DNA of 64,000 nucleotides from Podarcis gaigeae. Lineage: Eukaryota. Positions 11,346 to 24,930 of this stretch are shown piece by piece. The position numbers were made by a program, and so were the translations under genes. Below the pieces are notes generated by a model. The model ran no database searches and was not told the origin of the DNA. It saw only the letters and a list, made by a program, of their open reading frames with translations. The DNA lies in the NCBI GenBank assembly GCA_964106915.2, contig OZ066922.1. One strand, 5' to 3'. The stretch's first letter is position 1; every line of letters begins with the position of its first letter.

Positions 11346-13099
11346 GCTCAAAACAAACAAACAAAGTAGGTGGGTGGGTCCGCGGGTGAAAAGCAGGTGT
11401 GTGTGGAGTAAAAAGTGCAGCAGGCATGGCAGAAGGCCAGTCTGCCATACAGGGAGCTAGCTCTTCGAGGGCGAACAGGTAGGTTTGTGGCCACATACTG
11501 AGCAATCTCGGTTGGGCTGCTGTCCTATGGTGGCCGGTGCCTGCGACGGCAGCTGACTTTTTCCTTCCAAAAGACCTCGCTCACCTTGTCGGTTAACGAA
11601 TGAGGGCATTACTCTGACCACGTAAAATCCTCTTTCCTGACTGCGCCTTTACAAGCAATGGGAGTGTTTAAACACACACTCTTCGGTAGGTGAAGACACT
11701 AGGAATCTGTGTAGCACAGTGATGAAACAAATCGCCACGACGGGGGAAGAGGCACGACGCCCTCGTAATGTAAACAGCCTGCTCAAATTCTGAGGCTGCC
11801 AACCCGCTCGTGTGAAAAGGGCACTGAAATAGGAGTTGTAGAGAGAGGCGCGTGGCAATGGGCGAGGGTGGGGCTCTGAAGGCAGCTTTCGACACCGGAT
11901 CCCACCATGGTAGTGGAAAAGAAATGGCAAGGTGCAGGTAAAGAAACTTCGAAGGCTCATCAAAGAATCCTTTCAAGTTCTCGCTCCTAAAAAAAAAAAA
12001 AAAAAGCGACGGCCCAGCAGCTTCCTCTGCCTTTGGGCTGCCTCCTAAAAGCAGTCGCAGCACCGATGAGAGAAATCCTCGAACATAAAGCATTTTTCCG
12101 GGCTGCACTTAAATTTGAGGCTGCCATGCGGAGGACTGAGTAAAGAGGAACGTATAGTGTAGGAAGGGTATTTTTTGGGGGGTGGGGGTAAATTTCCGGA
12201 CAAAATTAAGTGTAAATGTAATTGTCACACCCCAGTTAGAAAAAAAGGATCTAACGATTATAATTGCAAGAGGAAAAGTACTGCAAAGATCCAAGGGAAG
12301 GACAGATTTTCCCATCCCTTTAGGCAGATCTGCCCTCTGCGTTTTCTATCCTCTCCTCTTCAGTGTATTTTATAGCATGGGATGTAGCGAATATGTTGAA
12401 AGCCACCCCTTCTAGTTCAGAGACCGAGTCCACAGGATAAGTACCTTGAAAAGAAAATACTATTTAAAACAGAGAGGAGCAGTCCAGTCTTAACGTCTTG
12501 TTTAAAGCTGTGAGGCTTACTTTCAAGTAATGCGTTTTAGTATCGGAGGGTAAGTTTAATACTAGAGGATGAAGCTTACTGGAGTTTAATTACGCTTTAG
12601 CCTTTAAGCTAATTTGAAGTGCGTTAAGTCACGTTTCTTTCAGATCTGATCTGGCTAATATCCTAACATCTTTCCAAAGTCTGTCACTAGACGTGACTGA
12701 ACTAAAAATATTTAATTTTTTTATTAAAAAAACCACACCCGTATCTACAGTCTAGCCTGCGCATTAATTTAATAGACTGCTTCTCTTCCCACCCCACGAC
12801 AGCTAGCAATAAACTTTTATATTGCAGTACCAGACGAAAAAAGGTTGCACGTGTTTCAGTCAAGGAGAGCCTCCCAGTCCCTTTGGCTTCTTAGATCCAA
12901 GGTGTAATCGAAAGGAAACAGCAGGATTGAACCCCGACGCACGACTTTCTGGCTCCTGCCTGCTGGAAGCTACCCATAAAAACGGGGAGGGGGGAAATCC
13001 AGGCATTGGCATGTCCTCTCCAGACTTGTAAAGTTGCCCTGATGCCCCCCCTCCATGTTAATCTACCTCTTCTATGTAGAAGGGGGGTTTGCTGCTGCT

Positions 13100-13100
<1 letters not shown>

Positions 13101-13137
<37 letters not shown>
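13101..13137. repeat. (CT)n microsatellite
   Basis: Pure CT run. Confidence 0.95.
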
Positions 13138-13139
<2 letters not shown>

Positions 13140-13379
13140 TTTTAAAGGTACTCAAGTGCATTTAAAAAATGCTTGTCAAATGGCACTGAAATACAACTCA
13201 TATCCGAGGAAATTGTTTCTAACCACTAAGTTTGCTTTGGGGGTATGCGTCAAGATGTGGTTGAGGATAGTTAGATAAGAGGTTGCCTGGGTGGGAGTTA
13301 AAGACCAAGTTCTGTGCATTACTGTGGATAAGAAGAAAGCATGATATTAAAAAAGGAAGAAGGGGGGGTGTTGTTTCAG

Positions 13380-14400
13380 TTGCTCCATCAATCTTATTGG
13401 CTGGCCATAATGTGACAGTTACAATTCCCATTTGTTCTTCCTACAATTAGCTCCATGGATCAGGCTGAACAGTCATTTAGGACTTCCTCTGGAAAATACA
13501 GCAGAGTTAGGTCATTTTTCTGCCTCCCCTTTAGCCTCTGCCTTTGGGGGCATATTTGCCATGCAGTCTGAGAGCATTCTAGCAGATCAGCGTGGTATCA
13601 GGTTACTCAAAGGCTCTCCAAAGATAACCCCCTCAACTTACTAATTGTACTTTGCTGCTGCTATTTTCTTATATTTGGGAGGCAGGGCAGGTATCCATTT
13701 GTGCCTAACGACAGCTGAAAAAATCTTTCAGCCTGCCTGAAGATCTTGTAATTACATGAAGTTACTATAGACTCTGAATTTTCATTAAGCAGAAAAATCC
13801 TAGAAAAGCCATAGGAAAATAAACCTAGTTCTCTTTTTCTATTTAAAAAATGGGGGTGGCAGGTAGAACATTCAGATTTAATGGGAAATAAATGTTTACA
13901 ACTTAAGCCCCAATTTATCACTCAACATCTCACAAAGCAGATTGATCCACAATATCATCAAAATAAAGTACTAGGATGTAAGCCAATTAAATAGGTAAAT
14001 CAGTTTAACATCAAATCTTTCAGCTATGCTGTATGTTGCAGTGCCGTGTCAGTAGCCCATTAATAAATTACTAAATGGGTCTTTTGATTTTGAGGTCAAA
14101 TATAACAAAACTGTAGCTGTAGCTTTCATTGTACAGGTATTTCCAGTTTACTGCATTAAGAGAGAAATATGATACGTTTCTTAAAAAAAACCTAAAACAT
14201 CCTTACAAGGAAATATTACTAAGCTGCCATGGGTATTTTGAGAAATTTAGTTTGCTTGGCCATAAATTAGCAAAACAAATATTTTACTCAGATCACTGAC
14301 TAAGCTCTAAAATTAAATGGCTGTCTGCAATGAGAAATATGTCTTAATTACCTTAATTAAGGCAAACTAGGGTCCTACATACATCCATTCTGGAGCCACT
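13380..14400. promoter_or_regulatory. Candidate upstream enhancer (PBX-HOX, MEIS, FOX, TCF and homeobox motifs)
   Basis: AGATTGATGG (minus 13385-13394), TGACAG 13413-13418, AGATTGAT 13939, TGTTTAC, ACATCAAA, CCATAAAT in TE-free DNA. Confidence 0.35.
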
Positions 14401-15277
14401 GAATGTACTGATTATCATACAAATCAACCTTTAAATGGGGGTCATGCTTTTCTGCTACATTAGTTTGTGTTCCACTGCATAAACCAATGCTCTAGATGAG
14501 GTTGACCTCTAGTGAAAGCATGGTACTTTAGTTTCACCCAGGCATTGACCCTCTTTACTATGGACTCATAAAAGAACCAACTTGACAGAGTCCACATATT
14601 GCCTGGGGCAGGAGGGATCCAAGTGATCCTCGTGCTGTCATACATCACCACCACTATACTATTGCTACTATTAACTGAGCAAGGTTTTGTACATAACCAT
14701 GGTAATTTCTTAAGTATGCTGCACTTAAAATTTTTAGTCATTGCATTAATTATATATTTCTTTTTAAAAATGTGGTAAACAATGTGGTTTACAGAAGCTA
14801 GAAACAAAAAAATAATGTATATCAAATTTAAGCAGTATAAAACCATAATTCAAAAGTACCAAAAACCTACAGTAAAATACCTACACCTAGTTTCCAAATG
14901 CCCATTAAACATACTTTAACCTGCTACCAAAAAATAAATCAGGGAGAAACCTACTGAAACGTGCATAGCTCTGGGGTCACCAAAGAAAAGTACCTTCTTC
15001 AAGTAAGATATCATTGCCTTCCTAGAAACAATACCTATCGGGAGGTAACAGTGGCCATTCTTAAAACCTTAGGGAGTTTAAGATAATTGAGACCTGAGGC
15101 ATGTAAAGGATTTAAAGCTCTGTATGTAGACAAAAAATTGTCTAAAAATAATTTTAGCTAATGCTTAGGCAGACAACTCAGAATAGATACGGTATGTTCT
15201 CCCCTACCCACACGCATCAATAAGCTGGCAGCAAAATTATTTATCAGTCGCCAAACTGTCTTTAAGGGAATCCTAAT

Positions 15278-15615
15278 GCGGGTGGTGCTGTGGGTTAAAC
15301 CACAGAGCCTAGGGCTTGCCGATCAGAATGTCAGCGGTTCGAATCCGCGTGATGGGGTGAGTTCCCGTTGCTTGGTCCCTGCTCCTGCCAACCTAGCAGT
15401 TCGAAAGCACAAAGTGCAAGTAGATAAATAGGTACTGCTCCGGCGGGAAGGTAAACGGTGTTTCCGTGTGCTGCTCTGGTTCGCCAGAAGCGGCTTAGTC
15501 ATGCTGGCCACATGACCCAGAAGCTGTATACCAGCTCCCTCAGCCACTAAAGCAAGATGAGTGTCGCAACCCCAGAGTCGTCTGCGACTGGACCTAACGG
15601 TCAGGGGTCCCTTTA
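15278..15615 (+). mobile_element. Sauria SINE, near full length
   Basis: tRNA-related head with B box GGTTCGAATCC (15336-15346), body gtcatgctggccacatgacc, tail ending ggggtcccttta. Confidence 0.92.
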
Positions 15616-16049
15616 AGGTATATCACACATTACAGTAGTCTGCAATGGACACAGGTGTGAGGATCCCATGCTCATGTCCATCTCATGTGAGACGATTGCT
15701 CATATGTCTATTTATCATATATACTTTTATTGGAAAACTATGAGTGACAGCAGGTTCTCAGTACAGGTACCTACAGTAAAACAGGCATGTACAATCTTCT
15801 GATATGAAATGCTTCAACTCCTCCTGCCCACACTTGAGTTATTGTGAAGAATCCTTAAGACTGGTAGAGGTTCCCCAATGGCCACTTACACAACCTTGTT
15901 AAATTTAATCAATGGAATTACATTCACTTTCTCAGGATTTACTGTCAAATATTATACTATAAGGTAATTGCCTATAACATCCATGATGGAAAGACAGAGT
16001 AGATAAACGGAGTGAAAAATATTATCCAGCCGCTGATTTAGTGTGTAAG

Positions 16050-16170
16050 CTGGCAAGAGAGTTATTTAGCCAAATTGTTCTCCCTCAGCCTCAATTCTCT
16101 TTCCATAAAATGGGAATAAAAAAGGCACATGGTTGTAACAAACATTTTCCAAGTTAAAAGTGCTACATTA
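16050..16170 (+). mobile_element. MIR-like core fragment
   Basis: cagcctcaattctc..ataaaatgggaataa resembles the MIR core. Confidence 0.45.
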
Positions 16171-17252
16171 ATTATGGTCCTTAATTATATATCACTCACC
16201 TATTAGTATATAGTTGGCTCAATATACAGATAACCAATACATATATTTATGGTATATTCATTTTTACTTTTTGGAGTAGAAATAAAATTAGTTTCAACTA
16301 TGAAACCCTCATAGACTTTCTTAAAGTTCCATTTCCTCTGACCACAGAATGCTTGAAATAATTTCTAATAGTTATCGCCATCAGCTGTTAAGCTCAAACA
16401 TAGCTACAGGTCTCAGGGACAACATAATGCAAACTTTCAAGTTGATGCATCCAGCAGTATATACCAGCCTGACTGAAAAGTGGTGGGCAAAATAATTTCT
16501 TTCATTATACAACTGATCTTATGTAAGTTTACTAATAAAAATAAGAATACAATATTTAAAATTAATAATAATAATAATAATAGTTAAATAGGAAGTACCT
16601 AGTCTTGCTGCTTTCATGTCTATACCCTGTCAGTCTAGTGGCAACACACTCTGTTCCTGTCTGTCCAGGAGAACTGTTTCTAATTGATCTGACATGGAAT
16701 TTAGCTGGAGATGTGTATGTTGCAACCCAAGCACCATCCCTATATGCTTTGTAAAGTGATCACCATATGGGCCTTATTTGAAATATTTGAGGTTTCCATC
16801 AATTTACCTTGGTTAAATTGAGCTGTAAATTCATCTCAAATTTATATTTCCTGAGTACTGAATACTTTATGCATGTGTGTGTTGCATATGTACAGACATT
16901 TTTTTAATGGATAAATATTCCTTATAAGTTTTGAACAAAGGAGGCGTACACCAGAACTATTTTCACTTATTTATGCAATTAAAACACTCTACAATTACCA
17001 TGGGGGTTTAAATAAAGGAAGCTAAGCCAAATGGAATGCATCATATTTGAAGCTGCTAGACAGTAATTCATTCAGTGCTACTTATTTTGGGTAAGGAGCA
17101 ATTATGAATTCTAAAATTCTGCAGATTGGCTCCTATTTTAAAATTTAAAAGGTATAGCAACTCTTTGTTATAGTTAATAGTACTAAGTTATGAATGCTGA
17201 TGGCCTTCTACTGCAGCCTTAAATTGCCTTGAAAAAGATACAGTTTCTTTAA

Positions 17253-17317
17253 TTAAAAAAGCTGCACTGAACTAATCCCTCTAGCTGAAAAAAGAAAAGT
17301 TTTAAGCAATCTCTGCT
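17253..17317 (-). mobile_element. Possible L2 ORF2 C-terminal fragment abutting the gap
   Basis: Translates QRLLKTFLF, like the LKTxLF motif at L2 ORF2 ends. Confidence 0.35.
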
Positions 17318-17649
17318 NNNNNNNNNNNNNNNNNNNNNNNNNNNNNNNNNNNNNNNNNNNNNNNNNNNNNNNNNNNNNNNNNNNNNNNNNNNNNNNNNNN
17401 NNNNNNNNNNNNNNNNNNNNNNNNNNNNNNNNNNNNNNNNNNNNNNNNNNNNNNNNNNNNNNNNNNNNNNNNNNNNNNNNNNNNNNNNNNNNNNNNNNNN
17501 NNNNNNNNNNNNNNNNNNNNNNNNNNNNNNNNNNNNNNNNNNNNNNNNNNNNNNNNNNNNNNNNNNNNNNNNNNNNNNNNNNNNNNNNNNNNNNNNNNNN
17601 NNNNNNNNNNNNNNNNNNNNNNNNNNNNNNNNNNNNNNNNNNNNNNNNN
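17318..17649. other. Assembly gap (332 N)
   Basis: Run of N. Confidence 1.
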
Positions 17650-18299
17650 TTCATTCCTTTTCTTTTTTCTGAAAAAAGCTAACTTATATACTTCACTCAT
17701 GGGAACTTTTCCTTTTTATACACAAGATCTCAAGAAGGGGTCCAATAATTTTTTCTCCCCACCCGGTTTACTATTAATTATTGGAGTGCATCTATGCAGC
17801 TTGAGTGACAAAAGTATAAGGCATGAAGAAAGCAGGCAGAGAGGACCCTCAAGGCATGCTTAGCCAAGATTGTTTCCTTTAGCTATGCTTTCACTAGCCT
17901 AAAAATAAAATAAAATAAAATGTGACATATGACAAGTCTAAATTTAAATGGCAGTAAAAATATTTGCAGAGGGAGCTTAATGATGTTAGTTTCCATACAA
18001 CTGTAAAGTTAAATTGCTATATTTTTTTGTATCACATAGAATAGACTCTTCGCAAGAGTATAAGGTACACACAACACAAGCACATAAAAATTTCTGTAAG
18101 ATCTTGGGACATCCTTAAAATTGTAGTTTAACAGATAAGGCAGTAGATTAAGAAGACAAAAAATAGTGCAGTAAAAATTGTTGTATGCTCCAGCAAGAGG
18201 GCTTAATTATAAGTAGGAATACAATAATGAAAGGTCAGTGGGCTGAAGCTGAAATCTTAAGTAAGACTTATTAGGAAGCAAGCCCTACTTAATCCAATA

Positions 18300-18505
18300 C
18301 CTGGGATCCAGAGAACTGCTTGGGCATGCCCAGTTGATGCTCCCCACCCTTTTGAATAGCAGACATGTCACAAACTACTTTTGAAACCGCCCTTCAGTTC
18401 AAAATAGGTTTGTCAAGTGGAATAAGGGGCTGCTGTTTAAGGAAAATGTATCCAGAGTTCTCTTTGGCATGTGAAACTAGTTGCACAGTTCTTTGGATTC
18501 AGGCC
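18300..18505. mobile_element. Foldback MITE
   Basis: TIRs cctgggatccagagaactg / cagttctttggattcagg. Confidence 0.55.
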
Positions 18506-19198
18506 AGGAAGACTTTCTTGTGGATATTTTGAATCAGATTGTGAGTCAATTTAAATATTGTAAAGGCTGCATAATTGTAGACAACATTTTTTAAAAAAAT
18601 CTGAGGATATAGAATCTATAATCACACTGACCTCTCATATGGTATTTGCTTTGATAGTCCTAGATGCTGAGGTCAAATACCGAGATGTTAGCAAGAAGGC
18701 TGGCATAATACACAAAATGCATTAGCTTTTCGTATACTTTGTGAATGTTCAAAACAACATTCTTGCAGCAGTTTTCAAAAAAGAAATAATAATTGAGCTC
18801 TACACATGGCATTAGACTTGACACAATAACTTCTGAAAGTGGCATTAATGGTGCAAAATTGGTATGCATAGTAACTAGAGTGGGTCAAAAGAAAAGGGTT
18901 GAATCCAAACCAAATTAGGGAGCAATCCTAACTCCTGACCAGGGACCAGTGGGGCTGAATGGAGCAGCAGAGCCACCATCATATCTGAAGTCCTGCCACT
19001 CATGCTGGCCAGAGCAGAAGGTAGGTTAGTGTGTCCGTCCCCACATTCTGTGTCCTTCCCCACATTCTGGGGTGGGGGGTGCATCAGCTCTAGGCTAGCA
19101 CATCAGAGAGGCCCAAATCTAGTCCATCACTGATAGCTGGGCTTAGGATCCAGCAGAACCTTGGCTAAACCAATTCTTCCCCCTCCTTGTAGCATTCT

Positions 19199-19730
19199 GA
19201 GGGTTTACACTAGGTACTGGCAGTGGTGGGGGACAGCTCCTTCTGGGCTGTCCACCTTTGGTCCACATCCTGCACTCAGCTCACACCTGTGGCTCCCAGA
19301 AGCTGTCAGCATGCGACAGCAGTCACATCCTGGTAAACAGCTTAGACTGGCCAGCTAAACCAGGTAAGGGTTCTCAGATCCTTAACCTTTGTTGCCTTGC
19401 AGGATATCTTCAGGAGAAAAAGCTAAGGAGGAAAGCCTACACAAATCAGGAGTGGAGTCCCTAAGACTGTTGGATGGGGCCTTGTACACCTTCTTCTGGC
19501 AACTCCTGCAGCCTAGCTGGTGGCAAACCTGTTGCTCTGCTTTCCTTTGGACCCCATCAGCATGGCTGAAGAGGGGGTATTGATATCTGGGCAGTCCAGG
19601 ACCTCCATACACACTGCCTAGGCTTGTGCTCCGGGGAAGTGATTTCGGTGCTGCTAATGCAGCAATTTGACTTCATCTCTGGGGCTGCACTCCATTGTCT
19701 CTTGAGACAGACTGATGGCAACAACAATAG
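19199..19730 (+). mobile_element. Non-autonomous RTE-related retroposon, copy 1 (diverged, internally deleted)
   Basis: Homologous to 46505-47208 and 53809-54536 (ggcaactcctgcagcc..caggacctccatacacac..ccattgtctcttgagacagac..caacaac); no TSD found. Confidence 0.75.
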
Positions 19731-21091
19731 ATATAGTCTTGGACTCCTGGCACTGAAAACAGTTGCCAAGACTGAAATCATGGTGAGACCTGGCACAAAT
19801 TAAATCCTGAAAACCAGGGCGTTGCTACCTATTCAACAAGTGGATGGACACAGAGATATCACCCGTTTAATGCTTCAGGATGCTACTACATGGCTCAGTT
19901 GATAAGATACAGATGAAATGGGGTAAAAGGAGCTCCATACGAATGCTAGCCTCATATACTTTGAAAATTATGGGCCACTAGCAATGTACACATAGGGTTT
20001 TTTTAGGGGTATGTGATTAGCTTCATTATTCTGGAGATGGCCTCAATTTTCAAAAGTCTAAGAAGTAATGCCCTAGGGGATGTATAGGAAAGGATTCTTC
20101 CCTACATCTAAAGTTTAAGACAAGAATATTCTCAGATAAAGTTTTAATATGTTTTTACATGGAAGCTCTTTGATGTTGCTCAGAAGTTTGCAACTCCAGT
20201 TGGAATCTCCAAAAGACTAAATTAGTGGGCACAGTACAGGTGAAATATTCAAATGTACATTATATAATTATCTGTTTAAACCAAAACATGCTTCCATTTG
20301 TCCGAATTTCTATAAAATTTAATCAATCTGTTTGTCTATACAGTACATAAAGAGTTTCTTTCTATCTCAGACATGTTGCCTTTCTGATTTTCTAAAATGG
20401 AACACCCTTCCAAACAGTTCTAATTATATGGCAGGAAAATTCATGTGACTGCGGTCAGCAGAACTTGGATGTGAGTCTCTAAATATCATTCCTCATCTGA
20501 ATGGTAGACTGTGAGCTTATAATGGGTTTTATTATAATGGAAGACAACTCCTTACTGAATGACATCACTTGTTTTGCAGTCTATACTGATAGACTGGGGC
20601 AATCAGACCAAGTTTTTTTTGTCAACATAATGGTATTACTAATTCCCCCGTGGGTAACCTATTATGTACACATTAATATACTGATGTATGGTACTCATCG
20701 TATTGTTAAAGATTTAGGATCCTAAGCATATTTCTGTACTTAAAGGAAAGTGGAACAGACTTAGCTGCGGAGAAGACTATATAAAATGGTTGGTGCCAGC
20801 TATATTATCCCAGTGCTCTGATATGTTTTGGTTTTTAAACTAGTACTCACACTCCCCAACCAGACTCTCCAACTATAGTGCTGGAATTCTTTAAAAACAG
20901 AGGTCTGTAGAGTGAGCAGGAATGGGTGTCAGATTCTTGGCAGGAAAACCAACGTATTATTCCCATAAGAGTTGGGAAGAATTATTAAGAGAATTACACA
21001 ATGTAAATATACATGTTCAGTTGAAATGGTAGCCTACTGAAAATAAGGTACTGAAAGATATTTAATTCACATGGAAATTTTGAGCCACACT

Positions 21092-21476
21092 GGCCTGGTT
21101 TGCAAGACACAATAAGCCAAATGATAGCTTGCCAAGACTATGCAAGCAAGCAAGCTCCTGGATAGAAGTTTGCAGCTGCTTTGCCTCTCTCTGGCCTTTT
21201 TACTACTTCTATGATAAATCAAGATTTAGCTTAGTGGATAGTCCAAACCCAGAGTTGTAGTTAAGCCATAGCCAAAGCTTGTTTGTGAGCAGAGAACTTA
21301 ACCATGAGCCCATGTTTGGAGGGCATGTTCCACTAAGCCAGGCCTTAGCTAAATGCACCATGGGAATAAAAAGGACAGGGAGGAGCAAAGTGGTTGCATG
21401 CTTCTCTTCAGGAGTATGCACATTCTCTTCAGGAGTATGCATGTAGTTTAGCTTACTGTGATGTGCAAACCAAGCC
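21092..21476. mobile_element. Foldback MITE (Harbinger-like)
   Basis: ~30-bp TIRs ggcctggtttgcaagacacaataagc / gcttactgtgatgtgcaaaccaagcc; internal tandem copy of ttctcttcaggagtatgca. Confidence 0.7.
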
Positions 21477-24362
21477 ACAACCTAATTTGTGTCAGCAGAT
21501 TCAAATACCCTGATTTTCACATCATGGTCACAATTATGATGATAGTTGCTTTATCAAACCTGTTGCTACTTCCATTGTTAGCAGCTAAAGATAGGTCTTT
21601 TTTAGGTTATCCTGAAGGACATTACTGTTGGCCAAGGCAATATTAACTCACAAGTTGTGTTGGCACATAGAATAACTTCTGACTGATTGGTGGAATGAAT
21701 GATAAATGGGACTGATTAGTATTTTATCTTGTTCCCCAGGTCATGAACCTTTTAATCTTATTCAGCTATACTAGAGAATATTCAATGTCTCTGAAATTTG
21801 GACTCTGAAGTCTTCATTAAACACAACAAATGTAAAGGTTTGGATTTTCTATTTCATTAATGTGTTTGGGTTGGCCACTACAGTGTAGATTTAAGCCTGA
21901 CAAATCTATTTATTGTTCCACCAAAAGTGTCCAGTTGATGTTCTTTTCTTCACTCTCCGCTTGCGTCTTCATGTGGAAACATTACAAAACTGAGATTCCA
22001 TGTAATTATCCCTTTTGCTGAGATTTATTATTAATAATCAAAATGTTTGTGCAAAAGTAAACAACTTTTTGGCCATTTCAGACACATGCAAGGAAATAAT
22101 ATGTATCCTTAAGGAGACGGGGGGTGGGGAGCAGAACTGCAGTAGAAAGATAGAAGAAGCTCAAGGTGGAGTTTTAGGCTTGCAGTCTAGCCGGTATTTA
22201 TAATGTCCTGTTCCCAGAAGTGCCAGAGAATGGTAAGAGGAGGGATGCTCTGGTCCCGAAGCAGAAAAATAAACATATTTCCAGCTCTTGCTCTTTTTGT
22301 GCATGCAGATGCATATCAAGCTATGTTAATAAAAATTGCACAGTGCCTAACACTGAATCTAATATTGCAAATCCTGATGGGCAAGAACCCCAATATTAAG
22401 CAGGTCAAAAAAATGGCGATTCTTGCCAGAACTAAATTTAGTGCCATATGCAAAAGCAACAGGAAGCCAGAGCCCTCTCCGCACATTGCAAGCTGTGAAC
22501 AAGGCTAAAACAGAACTGAGCTTATGCTAGCATCTCCGCAAGTTCAGCTAAATACTTGTTTTGAGATAACACTTAAGTTCCAGTGGGCTGCTTAAATGCC
22601 TGAGAGAATGAGACCTAACCGAATGGAGTAGTCCCTGTAGAAAACCTAAGTAAATTAGAGAAGACATAGACACAGCAATGATCACAGTGAAGATGTGCTG
22701 ATAAGACTGTGATAGTACTAATATAAACAACAAATATTTGCTGTATTGTTGGAGGAGGTGAGCATCAGGCAAATTATTTTCACTTGCTGTATATAAGTTC
22801 ATATTATTAGTTCATTCCTCCCAAAAGAAATAGTAATGTAATGTTCTGTTTTTTTCACATTATTTTAAAAACTGTGGAGTCTTTGTGCCTTCTTTGTTTA
22901 TTTCAAATACTTTAGTTTATCAGTGAACAAATGATGCAGCTGAATGAGACATCCTAACTACAACTGATTTAGAAGCCTCCATCTATATATCAATATGAAA
23001 TACTAAACATATTCAGATAATAACAGAAAGAAAGCTGCTAAAAGAAATACCTAGTGCCCCATAATCTATTTATTTAAACAATTTTCACTACTAATGTAAT
23101 ATTAAGAATGGAAAGCTGCCAAAACTTGGCAATCAGGAATCTCTCTGGCATAATAAAACCATGCCCTAAAACCGTAGCGGTAGAAATCAACACAGTCACT
23201 TTGTCTCCACAGTACACTTAACCATTTGCACTGGGAAGGTATCAACACAAAGACTGCAGAAAGACCTACACCAGCTAATGGAAATAGTTGCCTGATATCA
23301 ACAAAGCTGTACTGAATCCTTTTCTAATCCCCAAAAGTCAAACCAAGAGATCAGGAACTATCAGAATCATTGCAGAAGGTACAAAACTATTTCTTGCTGC
23401 ATCTTGGATGTAGCACTAAAGTGAATTTGCACTCAGAACATCATCACAATTAAGCAGCCATGAGGTGTTTTCTTTTTTTAAAAGAATTCAGAAATCAACT
23501 ACTTTGGCATTACTAAATGTCTAAATCATGTTGTGGATGTCACAATTGTAAGTGTGAATTAGAATTACAATGGCAGGTTCTCCATTTTACCATGTGTCTC
23601 TAGTGTTGACATAGACTTGGACACCTTGCAGGTATGTATCACAGCAGCCCAAGGAGATAGGAAGTAATTATCAAAGGCTAGGAGTCAAGTCAATACTTAA
23701 AACTGTAAGCCGTTTTTATCCATGAATAATGTTTCTTACTTTAAAGTGCACATGTAACACTTGGGGTGGGTGGGTAAAAGAAGAATAGCATATACAGTGG
23801 TAATAAAAGTAGTCATTTAGCTGAAGATGACTTGAATGTTTAAATATTACTTTTAATAAAATAAAGTTTCCCCAAATGAGTGCATAACAATTACAATACA
23901 GATTAATGAATGTAAGTGGAGTTTGGGGATTTTCTCCCTTTAAAAAACTAATCTTATCCAAAAGACTAGATCTTCATCGTAATCTGTCCTAAATATTTTA
24001 TTGATTTCATAGCAGCTCCTTGAGTCCCCTTTTTAACACAGCAATACATGGACGGAGCAATCTCATTGATCTAACTAGGTCAGTGTTCCAACTAGGTTTT
24101 GCACAGGGTGTGATACAGCTTCTGCTGTCTCTGCTTCTCACACAGACACTGATACACAAGCAGCACAAGGCAAAAATAGCCTCATTTTTACAAACGTTTC
24201 TTGTTGTATGAATCGCTCACTTGCCAGAATAGTATAATATGTGCTCAAGATGAGAATGTACAAGGTGCAGCTACAGCAATTTGTACCTTCTGTAACTTCT
24301 CTGATCGTTGAAGTTGGAGCACTTATCTACATTACACTTCTCACAGAAATATATTATTTGTA

Positions 24363-24604
24363 CAGTAGTACCTCGGGTTACATATGCTTCAGGTTACATA
24401 CGCTTCAGGTTACAGACACTGCTAACCCAGAAATATTACCTCAGGTTAAGAACTTTGCTTCAGGATGAGAACAGAAATCGTGCTCCGGCAGTGCGGCAGC
24501 AGCAGAAGGCCCCATTAGCTAAAGTGGTGCTTCAGGTTAAGAACAGTTTCAGGTTAAGAACGGACCTCCGGAACGAATTAAGTACTTAACCTGAGGTACC
24601 ACTG
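24363..24604. mobile_element. Tc1/mariner (Tigger-like) MITE
   Basis: TIRs cagtagtacctc/gaggtaccactg, TA TSD; near reverse complement of 2183-2424. Confidence 0.9.
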
Positions 24605-24724
24605 TATGAGGAACATGGATAAGAACAAAAAATACGATGTGCTAATTGACTCAGACTTTGTCTTTCCAACAAAAACTTCCAAATGTGCCAGTTTGGACTT
24701 TTAGTGACCATTAGATTGTACAGA

Positions 24725-24930
24725 AAACAGAGTTGGTGATTAGAGTTTGGACTAGGACTTAGGAGAACATGATTCAAAACCCCACTCAGCCACTGGGTAA
24801 CCTTGAACCAGTCACTGTCTCTCAGCATAATCTACTTCACACAGTTGTTGTGAGGATAAAATGGAAAAGGGGAGAACCATGTACACCATTTTAAGTTCCT
24901 TGAAGGAGAGCGTGGATATAAAATGACAAT
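24725..24930 (+). mobile_element. tRNA-headed MIR-like/CORE SINE
   Basis: Degenerate head (gattcaaaaccc), gggtaaccttgaaccagtcactgtctctcagc..gttgttgtgaggataaaatgg body, L2-like tail. Confidence 0.65.

Larger units (their letters stand above)
8330..12150. promoter_or_regulatory. CpG island / promoter region
   Basis: Sharp rise in GC and CpG density (cores ~8560-9800, 10560-10900, 11250-12150) against CpG-poor AT-rich flanks. Confidence 0.85.

Noticed and set aside
15278-15350. tRNA gene
   Set aside because: A/B boxes belong to a Sauria SINE head; no full cloverleaf
17253-17700. ORFs spanning the N run
   Set aside because: Artefacts of the assembly gap
24363-24604. CRISPR-like spaced repeats (gcttcaggtta)
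   Set aside because: Irregularly spaced sub-repeats within a MITE in eukaryotic DNA
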